This document shows, piece by piece, positions 52,001 to 64,000 of a stretch of DNA of 64,000 nt. The DNA is from Fimbriosthenelais zetlandica (taxonomy: Eukaryota), in assembly GCA_977030845.1 (NCBI GenBank), contig OZ365113.1:37944001-38008000 (forward strand), read 5' to 3'. Within the stretch, counting starts at the first letter, position 1; each line of letters opens with the position of its first letter. Under the pieces are notes generated by a model. It was given only the letters and a program-made list of their open reading frames with translations, did not search any database and had not been told where the DNA came from. The position numbers were made by a program, and so were the translations under genes.

Positions 52001-52097
52001 GGAATGTAGGGCTTTAGGAATATGCATCTTCAGCAATTTGCGATAAAAAAATTCACAAAACGTCAAATAAATATTTCACTAACCTTCTTCTTGGCAT
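40055..52097 (-). CDS. CCNE: G1/S-specific cyclin E, canonical isoform 444 aa, 9 coding exons
   Basis: Exons 52097-52084, 51912-51828, 51623-51570, 42360-41968, 41624-41478, 41237-40995, 40828-40717, 40584-40427, 40183-40055, phase-consistent. Cyclin box [54 protein letters not shown]-terminal IITPPQS phosphodegron. The N-terminus has a KKRK NLS and [16 protein letters not shown], as in invertebrate cyclin E. Intron 3 is 9.2 kb. Confidence 0.96.
43675..44034 (-). CDS. Putative alternative first coding exon of cyclin E (120 aa, MKMGVPDS...VSESS)
   Basis: ATG directly preceded by an in-frame TAA; 120 open codons; consensus TCG|GTGAGT donor in phase 0, matching the phase-0 acceptor at 42360; contains basic NLS-like clusters. 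No expression evidence is available. Confidence 0.65.
48533..48692 (+). repeat. Tandem duplication with 82-bp period in cyclin E intron 3
   Basis: GACTATAATTGGTCAGAAATATTGTTCTGTGC...AATTGTCTCAGAAAA...TTGTTG.GACTAG occurs at 48533 and at 48615. Confidence 0.92.
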
Positions 52098-52111
52098 CTT
52101 CCTGAATGAAT

Positions 52112-53389
52112 CTGGAAAGCAAATGAGAAAATGATCGTGAGAAACACACCAGTGGCAGGCCCCATCTGAGGAAGGGAAGTGCCCTCAGCCAAAGAGCTGT
52201 CACAAAGGGCCCTCAGGTCAGAATTAATCAATTTCTAAAGTTAATAATCCACACAGAATAAAAATTCCACTTGATATGAATTGTCAGATGAATAAAGTTC
52301 CATTTCAGACTGATCGAGGTTGGATAGCAATCGATTTTGAGACCGAAATTGTAAAATAGTTGATTTGACAGCTGCCCACCTCTCTCCTCACTACTTGTCA
52401 AAGTCGGGGACCAATGCTTGTCACCCGAGTGACATCAAAATAAAATTGTAATTTCCTAATCAATTCCGGGATAATCCATGGAAATACTACAACCAGAGAT
52501 GGACTACGATCTTATCTATCCAGTTTGGGTGTTTTTGTGGTTATGGCATTCGAATACAAGATATGAAAGGAGAATTTTTCCTACCACTGTAAAGGACCGT
52601 CCACTCGGCTTCACTCCCGCCAAATGCCAGTCCCGCCCAGCATCTGCGCATGCCAGTGTTTTGGTTTGCTGGCGCGTCCCGAGGGCCCAAAAACTCTATT
52701 TTTTCTCAAAATACCTATTTTAAACACCCAAAAGCCTCAAATCACATTTATTTTACACACAAGGACGATTTTGTTCATTTAGAATTCCATTTACAACAGT
52801 AAAATATTAAATCCTAAACTTTTCATTTTGCGCCCAAACATGGCGAGTAATTTCAGCGTCCTTAGGAACGGATCGAGGAGATAGTGGGTGAGTTTAGACG
52901 GGAAATCTAGCTTTGTTCTTGATCGACATGGAATGTAAAGTAGTCCATGGTCTAGGAGATTGAAAAATGCCCACATACATAGAAAACTGTAGAGGTATAC
53001 TGTTTTAGAGCACGATTTTCCAACATAACAAGACAAGCCCGCGCCTGTCAAAATGCCACTGATCACCATTTGATGTCGTGATTTTTCCAAAGTAAAATCA
53101 GCTGTTTCTTTCCATATTTATGGTATTTTCTTGTATGTAAGTGAATAAAACCATCATTTAAACATGAAAAGTATGTATATTTTGCAAATTTTGATAGAAA
53201 CACGGTAAATTTTTAAGCTTAGCAACAGGTGATCAGACATCCCATAATGTCATAAATATGACCCAGTTTTAGATTGCCCTAGTTATCTGCATTTTGATTG
53301 GATAAATCACAAGGGCGTGTTCAGGTCAAGGTCGCATTTGTTTTGAGATTTGTGCTACTCGGACTGATTTACTACCTCACTAAATCAAG
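52112..53389. promoter_or_regulatory. Divergent promoter region between cyclin E and the BtpA-family gene
   Basis: Start codons 1.3 kb apart and head-to-head; E2F motifs TCCCGCCAAA 52615-52624 and GCGCCCAAA 52830-52838; GC box GTCCCGCCC; YY1-like AACATGGCG 52837-52845; locally CpG-enriched. Confidence 0.7.
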
Positions 53390-56300
53390 ATGGACAGCTT
53401 CCGCAAAACATTTGGGAGGTTAAAAGGTGCTATAATCGGAATGGTTCACCTTCGGGCTCTACCAGGTAAAGAAAATATGTCATGCCTTGCCGTAACAAGA
53501 GAGATAACACCAGGTTGATTTTGTGCCTGAGCGATAATAGGGGTCATTGCCGTTGGCATTGCATGAAGAACAACGCATGTGATGAAGGGATAGTTCTAAA
53601 GTCCATATTCCAATTGTTTTTTGCATTATAAACCGTGGTATGCTTGAAGAATGTTTTATTGAGGTCAAGTGATTCTAAAAATTAGTCTAAAAATGTCACT
53701 GATAATGTAAGATACCGGTATGTCCTTCAAGTCAAGATCAAGTCAAGACTAATCTCACTGACTAGTCTAGTCACTAGTGAGTGTCACACTCACAGCCCAG
53801 AGATAGGGGGGGGGGGGGGGGATTAGTCTGGGTGGGATATGGGGCTATCATTCAGCACGTTCCCAACAGTCTCAAGTGGACCAAGTAGTAGAACTACCTT
53901 TGGACCAATGATGAATGATGGCTGCATTGCTTTAATATACATTTTGTAGTCTTTCAAAACTATTTTAATTCCCATGGATGTGTAATAATTAAATGTAGAC
54001 CCCAATAATTAATGGCTTAATCAGTCATAATAATAATATCCACAATACAGCAGTAGATCTTTTTTGTGTGTTAATTCTTTAAGTGATAATTATTTGAGAA
54101 TTTGCTAGGACAATATATAAATGTTGGTACATTCTCAGGCTTCTGATACATTGCAGGCACCCCCCGCAACACAGAGAAACTTGATGAGATCATCCGAGTT
54201 GCCTGTTCTGAAGTCCGATTATATGAAAAGGCCAAAGTCGTAAGTCACATTAAAATTATGTAATAAAAATATCTCGATTAATGAAAATTTATGACATATG
54301 AATGGCTCAGGGTCCTTTTATCACGTCATTTCTATTTGACGAAAAAAAGTTCTATATTCCCCTAACCAAAAACTTTTATATAGCTGACTTAGCAATGAAA
54401 CGCTTTTTGCTTCGGGATTATTGAATTCACAGGAAAATCGTGTATAATTCTGGATTTCATTGCAGTCCCTGAAAAGAGTCTAATTAATGTTAAAAGCGTT
54501 AAGAGGAGACCTTGTCTTAGTTATGCCAATTTGAGCTAAACGGCCGCCTATCCTATAGAGCCCTGAGACTGTTTGCAATCAGGAAAAATAGAAGTGAAAT
54601 GTCACAATCCATCAGGGAAGATTTTACTTGTAACCTAACTCAACAAAGGTTTGTTAATTGTCCTTGCGTCTGTCATTATACCGTCTCTGTGTTATATAAT
54701 TTACCACTGATTACATTGTCTACATTGTTCTTCCCATTAACTTAAGGTAAGACCTACAATAGCCATAGAGTAAATGAGAGGGAGCGTGTCAAACCGTATC
54801 ATTACACTTGTATTTGCATTTCAGAAAGGGTCAAATCTATGTCAAGTTTGCCCTTTCCAGTCGCCTAGAGCGCCGAGCTTTTCTAAGGGAAAGGGTCCTA
54901 AAATCGTAACCGCTGGGGTGTGTTTCAGAACAGAATTATGCTCCATTAGTCACTGGTGTCTAAATGAGCTATTACAGCGTAATTTTCCTTTTGAAATGGA
55001 CCCGTAATCACCTGTAGTATTCTTAATTTTAATGACAATATACTATCATTTCTATAAAGATTTACATACCTCCTAAAATTTCTATTAAATGCTTTTGATG
55101 TTTGAATTTATATATAACCATAGAAGTCTCTCTACTTCTATGATATAACACACTATCATAAACTAGTAGTTCTTATTAAAATATTATTCACGTTTTGATA
55201 TGTTGTTTTTGAGCAGCTGGCGCCAGATTGACTAAATCTAGCCTTTATTAATCGGCCTAACTTTTCTCACCTTACCGTTGGATATGGACAGTACATTTTT
55301 GTGCTACTTTAATACACATTATTACGCATTCCCAACCATTATACTCATACCACAGCGCAGTGTCCGTCTATCTTAATGCCCACCACACCTCCTTTAGCCC
55401 ACTTGACTAGAAGGTGTGTGTTCTTAGCAAAATATTTGCATTATTGCTGTTTGTGCAGCTATCTTTGATTTTTCCATAGTCGGTTAATGATTATCTCATG
55501 TCGATTTTAGGGGGATTTGTTGTCCGCTTAGTCTGTCTAGGATCTAGCATGGACATCAAACATGGTTCATCTGGACGGAGAACGTCAATGATACTCGACG
55601 TCCTTTGATGTCACTGAAGAATGACTTGGCGCGAAATAATTGAGCTAATATTCACTGAATCAAAGCGAATTAAACGTTAGGAGAACGGATGGATGTAATT
55701 AAAAAGATGCTCATTAGGATTATCGGATCGTCTAGCCTATAATATTGTCTGTCTACTTTGTTTTTGTTTCTTGTAAGATGCTTTGTAATTATAAAGATTA
55801 GCCCACTTGCTTTACCAGATTTAGCACTTTTATGTATTCTACCTTAATTAGTTTTCTTGTCGAGGCTCGAATTATCATTACTGGGGAAAGATGGAAACTC
55901 CCCCTTGTAAATGAATCCTCCCTCCACCGGCCCTCCCTCATGCATTCCTTTAGGCATTTTACTATAGGGGACCAGGATTTTTTTCCTCAATTAAAAAAAA
56001 ACATTATCTGATCAAGCGGAAAGGCAATCCCGCAAGAATGATTTCTCTCCTTCAGAATTTCTATGCAGGATGAAGTTTCATCCCTCAATTATTCCCTCCG
56101 GTGATGTCCTGGCATCGACCAAATACATTTATTAGGTCCATTAGAGTTGAAAGATGGAGGTTGTGTCAGGATGGATGCCAACATTTATCACTGCCCTAAA
56201 CTTCACTGCCATGCGCCATGTTCACAGGCAGAGGTTGACGCCCGCCTAGAACTACTGTAAAACCTCTACCCTCACATCTGCCCCTCATTAAACCAAAAAC

Positions 56301-59300
56301 CTCTGTGAAAAAACCTTCAAAAACTGAGAAAAATATTAAAATATTCCCTATATTTCATATATAGTCGGTATTAATATTTAACTTTAATAAATTTAATGAT
56401 ATGATATAAAGTGTCATTTAGTTTGGGATTAGCGGTGTTCATTTACTTTGGCGCGCTGCAGTGCCAAGTTTTTACGGTCGATGCAGCTGGTCCTATAGAT
56501 TTCTTGGGTTCTATATTGTCTCCAAACCACCTGCCTGTCACCAGACATCCTGCGGTCTCTGTTCCCATGGTAACGCCTATAATGGTATGCCACCAACCAC
56601 AGCCACGGCTGCCGCAGTTCCCACTTGGATATCATTACCATCCATGAACTGGGGGGTGTCTAATATAGCAAATCTTTTAGGCCTACCGACAGTCCCTCCC
56701 ACCCTCCCACCCGCCCACCCAAACCATGCAGGCAGAGCACAACTATTCCATCCACGAATTGATTCATTTGCAATTTTCTCCCAAAATATTTAAGTTTAAC
56801 TTAATAAATATGAACAATCCTCCCAAAATGTATCCCTGATATTTCGCGATGAAAAGTCAAAATTATAACAAGTAATACTAAATTGAAATAGAAATATTAA
56901 CCGAGTCTCTTACTCATTAATTTCCTTAATTATATATAAATTAAATGTAAACATAAATTGTACTTTAAAAAGACAATTCGTCGTTTTACCAGCTCTTCTA
57001 TTCCAATATCAGTATATATTATTAATGTTTATTCTCACACATTTCTTTTCAATATTTCATTGGATAGGTTTGATATAATAAATCTTATCTTCCTCGCCGA
57101 TTAAATATACATGAATGCGCCATAATTTTTAAAACAAACAAACATTGGGAACTGACCTGGCAATGATACCATTTTTACCAATGACCCGGGGCGGTATAGC
57201 ATTATGAGTTTCTCCTTGACTTGACACATTCTCCTCACCTCGGACTCTAGTTATGATTTCTGTGAGATAATCGGGTCAAGCATTGATGCGCCCTACTGAC
57301 GACCCTAAAACCCGTGGCACGTGTCACAGGGCCTAGGAGACATGCCACCCGCCTGCCTCACTACAATACCTTACCTATTCATGCATGCTGAGCTATCTTC
57401 ATTGAGGGAATTACTATAAGGATGGCTTACATTAACACCTACCCTCCATCAGATACTTCTAGTCATAAACTCCAATAAAGTTTCATTCATGGACATTTCT
57501 ATCCGACAGAAATCCATTTTGCCTTAGATTCCACCTGGGAGAATATACCGGGATTGACTCATTGACCAGAAAAAACTTCTTATTCAACAATTTGGACGAT
57601 CTGAATCATAGATTCAAAAGATTAGGTGTTGCAGCATCTAAAAGAACTTTATGGTCACCGCAACGACTTCAAGGCTCTCTTTGAAGTACACAATGCTTTG
57701 ACTTGGTACAATATCTCAGAATGCTGAGGGAGAGAAATTACTTTTTATGATTTTTTTGTACCCTTAAGCCCTGTCACGCGTTCTAATGACCCGGCACGCA
57801 TGAGTGAACCACTTCTAGGTTTTTCCCCTGACCTGGCTTTTTAACCCCTGCCTTCTGGGAAGTGAAAATACACCCCAGCCCTGGCAGAACGCACCTGGCT
57901 TGGTGTCACGGGCGCGGGAAAGGGATAGAAGAGTGGGGGGTTGGCCAGAGAGGGGGAGGGGGTGCGTCCCCAACAGGGGTGTAAATTATACAAAGTTTTG
58001 TGTATTGTCAAAATGCGCACTTCACACAGAGGCTAATCCCCAAGGTGTCCTACTTGTTGTAGTTAATACTTGGGGATGAAATACTGATTTGCATAGGAAT
58101 GTATAAACATTGTGTGCAGGGCAGTCCGAATCCACCCCGTTAATTTTGTGTGGCAATTTATTAGGCTCTCCATTATTTGACTCCAAATTTCCTCTCCTAA
58201 TACGTGCATACGGGATTGATAGACAAATGGTTTCAAATGGTCATAGGTCCCGACTCTGTAAATTCGCTCAAAATATAGCTCCTCTTTCTGAAATATCTTA
58301 GAAGGGATAACCATGGTTGGGACTTGTTTCATAAGAAAAAGTTCCCCGTTGTGTTACGCAGTCATATTATGCAACGGGTCCCTGATCAGTTGAGGAAAGG
58401 AGGTCAGTTATTCGTCGGTGTCCTTTTAAAACACAATACCTCAGTATTATATGCAGATGTGTTTTATCAGTGTCCTTTTTTGAAACACAATAACTGAGTA
58501 TTATATGCAAATATAATGCTATACATAGACTGAAGGAACGCTGATTTTATGCAACATGTTGAGGCTGGTCTCATCACACCACTGGGTATATTAGGAGATG
58601 TTATGCATAGAAGAAACGTCTATTTTTTCCTAACCATTTAATTAATGAATATCTCATGACACCTGTGCTTTGAACTCTGTTTCCTCCTCCTTCTATAGGA
58701 AATAATTCTCATACGTATAATACATAATTATCACATAGATTTTGTCACATATACACTTCCAGCTGCATTCAATCCCTTAACTACAATGCATCCATAGTAT
58801 TTTATTCCCATGTGCCTTAGATGCTATTGTTTTAACACGATTACAATTATAATGCCCATCCCCTATAATTGACTTAGTCTTTCTTAAGAATTATCAGCTG
58901 AACAAACTGCTATTGATAGGGACTTCCTCTGGCCCGCTGGGCATCCTGGTTTCCAACTGGCAAGATGTGAATCCTAGATTTCGATAGTTCATTAATGTGA
59001 AAGATTTCATATGGAAAATGTAAAATTCAATCACGGGCTTGAATCAGTAACTCATTAGGACATGCGTAAGAACATGCAGTTGATTTGATCCATTTGAAGT
59101 GATTCTTTAATTCTTTTATTCATTTATTTTAATAATATCAAAGGGTACCCGTATTAATTGACCATGTTTAATGAATTTATTGTATTATATATCCAGATAT
59201 GAATCATTACATTAGAAATATGTGTCAATTTGTAAACTAATACAATGAGCTAATTTGAATCCATGTTTTAACGAAATGGAAACATGGGACTATAGCTGCT

Positions 59301-61732
59301 GTATATAGAGAGTGTGTGTCGGAGTATTCTTATTCTTCACTGGAAACTGCGAAAATGGCAGTTAAAGTTATTATAAACGACCCCCGCATGTAAGATGACT
59401 TGTTAAGTATAAGATAGACAACTCTCTTCCCCGGGGGATGGGTTGACACTGATCCTTACAAGTGGCACTGGAGAAACACTGCATGATCCTTATCCCGGCC
59501 TGGGTTTGCTCCCCTGGGGACGTGATCGCACTAGGTGGGAAGCTTTCCTTAGGTTTCATGAAGAATAGGAAAACAATTCTAGGGAATGTCACCAGGATTT
59601 GTGCATTATTGGTAAATTGTCTTCCAGGAAGTATAGAGTATAAAGAAAGATTATTTATCTATGAGACGTTTCAATTGATATGGCTGTTTCCCGCCAACAT
59701 TATGTTGATTAAAAAAATGATATACAGTATTTCAGAAAGAAATAATATGCACGTACTGTATATTATAAATGCCCAATTTGTCTAATTCCTTCCTAAGATT
59801 TCTCATAAGAGCCCATCAAAATATAATAAATGCACCAAAAATGTTATTATTTCAGGTTGAAATAAAGTTATTTTGCTCACTTGGTAATAATTTTTTTTTA
59901 TTTTCAGGACGGGATTATCTTGGAGAACATGCATGATAGACCATGGTGTTTACCTGGTCAGTTAAATCCTGACACAGTAGCTAACATGTCAGTGGTAGCA
60001 AGGACAGTCCGTCAACAGTTCCCATCCATACCTATAGGGGTTCAGGTCCTCTCTGCCTGCAACAAGGAGGCCCTAGCTGTGGCTGCTGCCGCTGGTAAGG
60101 ATATTATATTTACCTTTTAGATACATTAGATGATACATTTTATGCATTTTAGATGATTATAAAAACGGTTCCCACTGTTGAGGATAATGTCGGGAAATTT
60201 TGGAAAGCTTGGGAAAGTAAGGAATACAGAAGGATATTTTATGGTAAAACCTTTAGCTGCTTATTATCTAAACATCTGGGGACCATTTTTCCATATTATA
60301 GATTTGAACACACGACAACCACCTATGTCATCTGTAACACATTATTATTAAATGAGTAAGAAAAGATAGTTTTGAATATTAATAATTAATCTAATTTTAC
60401 AGGATTGAATTTCATCCGCGCTGAGGGATTTGTGTTTTCGCATGTCGGAGATGAAGGGATGATCAACTCGTGTGCTGCTGATCTGATCAGATATAGGCGG
60501 GCTCTCAATGCTGAACATGTACAAATATTTACTGACATCAAGAAAAAACACAGGTACTTAGTTTAACTATTAAGATATCCTTCCATTTTAAAGTGAATTT
60601 AGGGCTTGAAATTGATTTATATTTTTGCGATTCATTGCTTTCAAAGAGGGGTCATGAGGGATCAGCCCTATATGAATACAATAAAAGGGTTGGTGTGTCT
60701 CACAATGGGGCCCCTTTTAGAGATTAATTTCTGTATACTTAATAATTTCTGTATAATCAATCAATGGAATGGGACAGAATGTTAGCTGGAAACCAATTTC
60801 CCTTTTCAATTTAAATTTCGCAGGGCTGACACCCATTCCCTTTACAAAATACAAAATATTGGGTCATCTACTGATTTTTTTTTTCTAAAATGCATTGATG
60901 ATGTCTAAGATGCTTGATATATCTCCCTGTAGTTCGCATGCCATAACGGGTGATGTGAGTATAGAGGAGACGGGGCAGGCTGCTGAACTCTTCCTCAGTG
61001 ATGGCCTGGTTGTCACTGGGAGCGCCACTGGTCAGCCTACCGACCTCACTCAACTTAGAGGTGAGCATACTTACACTCCATCTAATACATTTTTAACACT
61101 TATTTCAATTGAACCATTTTTTTTGTGGTCGAATCATAGTCCCTTATTATAATTTCAATTTCCCCATCTATTTTATGCAGATTCTGGCCAGTTTCTCCCA
61201 AAATTAGCTGCATTTTTACCTGTTTTTTCGCTGACGATTTTTCTCTATAAATTATCAGGGAAGCATCTGGACTTATATCTAGTAATATTTTGACGCTTGT
61301 TAAATTTAACCTAACTGAAGGCGCTCTTCAATGATTAAAAACTAAGCCACAAATATGGGTCAATCAAATTTTAGGATATTTTTTTTTCAAATTGCCTGAA
61401 GATTGTAGCTGTGTTTTTTTCTTCTTTACATGACAGGTGTGATGGGCGCGGTGAGTATACCTGTCCTGGTAGGATCAGGCGTCACCTCTGATAACATCGC
61501 CCGCTATATCTCAGCCTCGGGTCTTATAGTGGGTTCACACCTTAAAACACACGGCCACTGGTACGAGGCGCTAGATCCCATCCGACTTAATCACTTCATG
61601 AAGAAAGTGAGCCGACTGAGGCGAGAAGAGGAGGAGGACAGGCAGAATGAGGACGAGCTAGACCTGGGTGAGGGACAGGGGCTGGATGAGGAGGAGCGAC
61701 TCAGATCCAGGATCTCTAACCAGGGCGAGTAG
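53390..61732 (+). CDS. BtpA/SgcQ family TIM-barrel protein (similar to uncharacterised C. elegans F13E9.13), 306 aa, 6 exons
   Basis: Exons 53390-53465, 54157-54239, 59908-60094, 60403-60553, 60933-61060, 61437-61732, phase-consistent. Family motifs IIGMVHLRALPGTP, DGIILENMHDRPW, FIRAEGFVFSHVGDEG, IFTDIKKKHSSHAIT, DGLVVTGSATG, PVLVGSGVT. Candidate AATAAA at 62647-62652. Confidence 0.93.
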
Positions 61733-62845
61733 CTCATTCTATGGTGAGCAGGAGCAGATCCAGGTTTGGGTGTTGTCCCTTGGAGTGGGTAGCGCCCCCC
61801 TCCCTCCCTCCCCATCCCTCCCAAAAAAAATATGTTGACGGACAAATCCCCATCTACAACCACCAACTTGGATTTTTGAGATTTTTGAGGGAGATGGGGA
61901 ATACAATGGGCAATAATCCTATTTGTTTTGGAGCCTACACATATAATTGAACAATGCTTATGCTTTTCTTTGAACTGCTATACGGTACTTGTACTTGTTT
62001 GAAGCCAATGATTGAGTGTGACAAAAGTGTGAGATTTTTGAGGGATGATGACAATTTAAACTGCTAAGGCCTATTGCATAACCAAGACTTACTGGATGTC
62101 CTAAAATTATGTTGTTCAATAACGAATTCCCCGAGAAAAGCTGCGTTCAAATGATATACAAGAGGTGCTCTGAATGTTTTTCTAATGGAAATTATAGGGA
62201 CAGCAATTTGATTGGCCTTTAGAAAATACTAGTCTTTGTCTTTTTATCATCGGATACTAGTCTCCTGAACGATTGTGTGCTGTGTTGGTGTCAATTTATC
62301 CTGGTGCTAATTTAATCATGAGGATACTTAACAAAAATTGTCAGTATTATTACTTCCATTTTAAGTGGAATATCCTTGGATTTTCAAGATAAAGAATGTG
62401 TTTCTATATTAGGTTGTCAAGTTAAGTCAAATAATTCCCATTTCGGTGGAAAATGTTAAATGATTAAAATTAATAGGAAAATTGGGAATAACTTGACGCT
62501 CTGTCCCTGTCCTGATTATGTACGTAATTTTATTTAATAACAATGTACCTGAATATGATTTACGTGCTCTATGATGGGTAGATATTGAGTCAGTTTTCTT
62601 GTGATATTTGTGAGATGAAAATACAAATGTATAAACTTCTCGATGAAATAAACACCAATCGATGCAATTAGTATGTATACAAACTACCCTTTTCTCCTGA
62701 AATTGTATATCTAAATATCAGAGTGTATGCGGGTATGTCGCATATAGACGGAGTATCTGTCCCGGTGAGGCTAGCCTATTCCTCGCTGGGAGGACGAGGC
62801 TTGTTTACAGGCTAGTCGCATATGGAAACGTAGTCAATCAGTTTA

Positions 62846-62859
62846 TCGCCAGGTGGCAC
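62846..62859 (+). promoter_or_regulatory. CTCF-like motif in a CpG-enriched patch downstream of the BtpA-family gene
   Basis: TCGCCAGGTGGCAC matches CCASYAGRKGGCRS at 12 of 14 positions. Motif match only. Confidence 0.35.
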
Positions 62860-64000
62860 CACGGTCGTATTTTGAAAGTGGGTCTAAAATGGAACCCTGC
62901 GGGACGCCAGTACTAATGTTCTTTAAGTAAGACACTCAGATAAGGTGTCAATGGAATATGTCATATTCCAGGTGAGGTGATACATAGCGTCAGAGTGAAA
63001 TTAAAGAGGTACCGGCCATTATCAGTTTGCTTTATCAGTTTTGATCGAAAGTATCTCCTTTGGGAGTGTCAAACGCTTTATTGAAGTCTATACTAATCAT
63101 GCCTTCACAGTTCATAAATTCCTACATCAACCGGATAACCATGATTCATCTACATTATTCCTGTTTTCTAACTAAGGCGATCATTAATACTTATTCTAAG
63201 TGCAAATCTATATTGCCTACAATGGATATTTTTCTGGTGCAGGTGCTTGAAAATGTCTTGGACAGCTCGGGGGATTCAACCGCCAACCCTTCATAAAATC
63301 AAAGGCGCCAATGATGTTTCTAATCACTTTTATTGCCGTTTTCATAGCATACAAAACATGCGCACATAATAATTAAGGGCTACATTCTCAGTTGGAAATC
63401 TACGTTTCATACAATGGGCAACCATTAGAAGTAGTCAATATGCTACTTTTTCCAACCAGTTTTGCTAACATGAATGACAACCGCTCTCACTACTAGTGAT
63501 GCTTCCTCCCACCACTCTATATAAAAACAATGTAACAACAACAAGTTAATGATGTCCTGGGAACGCTGCATTGGTTCTTCGTATAACATCAGTCTGTCAC
63601 TCAGGAATTTAATGATATATACACACACGCACATCAAGCAAGAAGGAAATCAGATGGTAAACCAATATTTTTTTTCTTTTTCTTTTTGAACTTTTTTTGT
63701 TTGATTTTAAAATTAGGCTATAGTACCGTAATTAAATTCTATGCTTGCTCCTTGCCATTACTGTAATTGCAAGATGTATTGGTCTAACTCCGACTCTCGA
63801 AGATCTTTTCCAAGTAAGTAAACTTGCATAGTTTAATGCATTCTAGAAAAGATTTTCATCCCCTTGGAAGTTTTGGATGGTGATGTTTCAGCACACGAAT
63901 GTGAATCTTCTGTGAGTGTCATGAAATAGTGGATAAAATTATTTACTCATGTGAAAGTAAAGAATCTACTGTAATCTCTCGAATATAACAATATTACCTC

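Noticed and set aside
53390-61732. BtpA-family gene as recent horizontal transfer or contamination
   Set aside because: It has five spliceosomal introns, host-like composition, and the family is known in other invertebrates.
63260-63320. GGGGATTCAACC as a tRNA or SINE B-box
   Set aside because: Only a partial B-box; no convincing A-box, cloverleaf or second copy in the window.

Overview
AT-rich, intron-containing animal DNA, probably a bivalve mollusc (inferred from composition, frequent TACATGTA motifs and gene content, not proven). Six protein-coding genes were rebuilt by hand from splice sites and reading phase: the 3' half of COG7 (+, 13838-16441), an intronless BTB/8xC2H2 zinc-finger gene (-, 17243-19897), SNX21-like (+, 20229-21696), a long USP10 (-, 28022-36820, about 1362 aa, with one U12-type intron), cyclin E (-, 40055-52097) and a BtpA/SgcQ-family gene (+, 53390-61732). 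There are two head-to-head pairs (ZBTB/SNX21 and cyclin E/BtpA). No intact transposon, tRNA, rRNA or CRISPR array was found. I see no firmly supported new biological system. The best leads are: (1) a 120-codon ATG-initiated exon inside cyclin E intron 3 that could give an alternative N-terminus; (2) a triple-GAAA ISRE between SNX21 and USP10, followed by an Inr-like site and a possible 2-exon 48-aa ORF with a polyA signal; (3) the USP10 minor intron, FGFF motif and uORF; (4) E2F sites around cyclin E that extend into the neighbouring gene's intron; (5) several antisense first-exon-like segments in 1-13.8 kb, where the 5' half of COG7 could not be found. All homology calls come from remembered family motifs; no database search was run.
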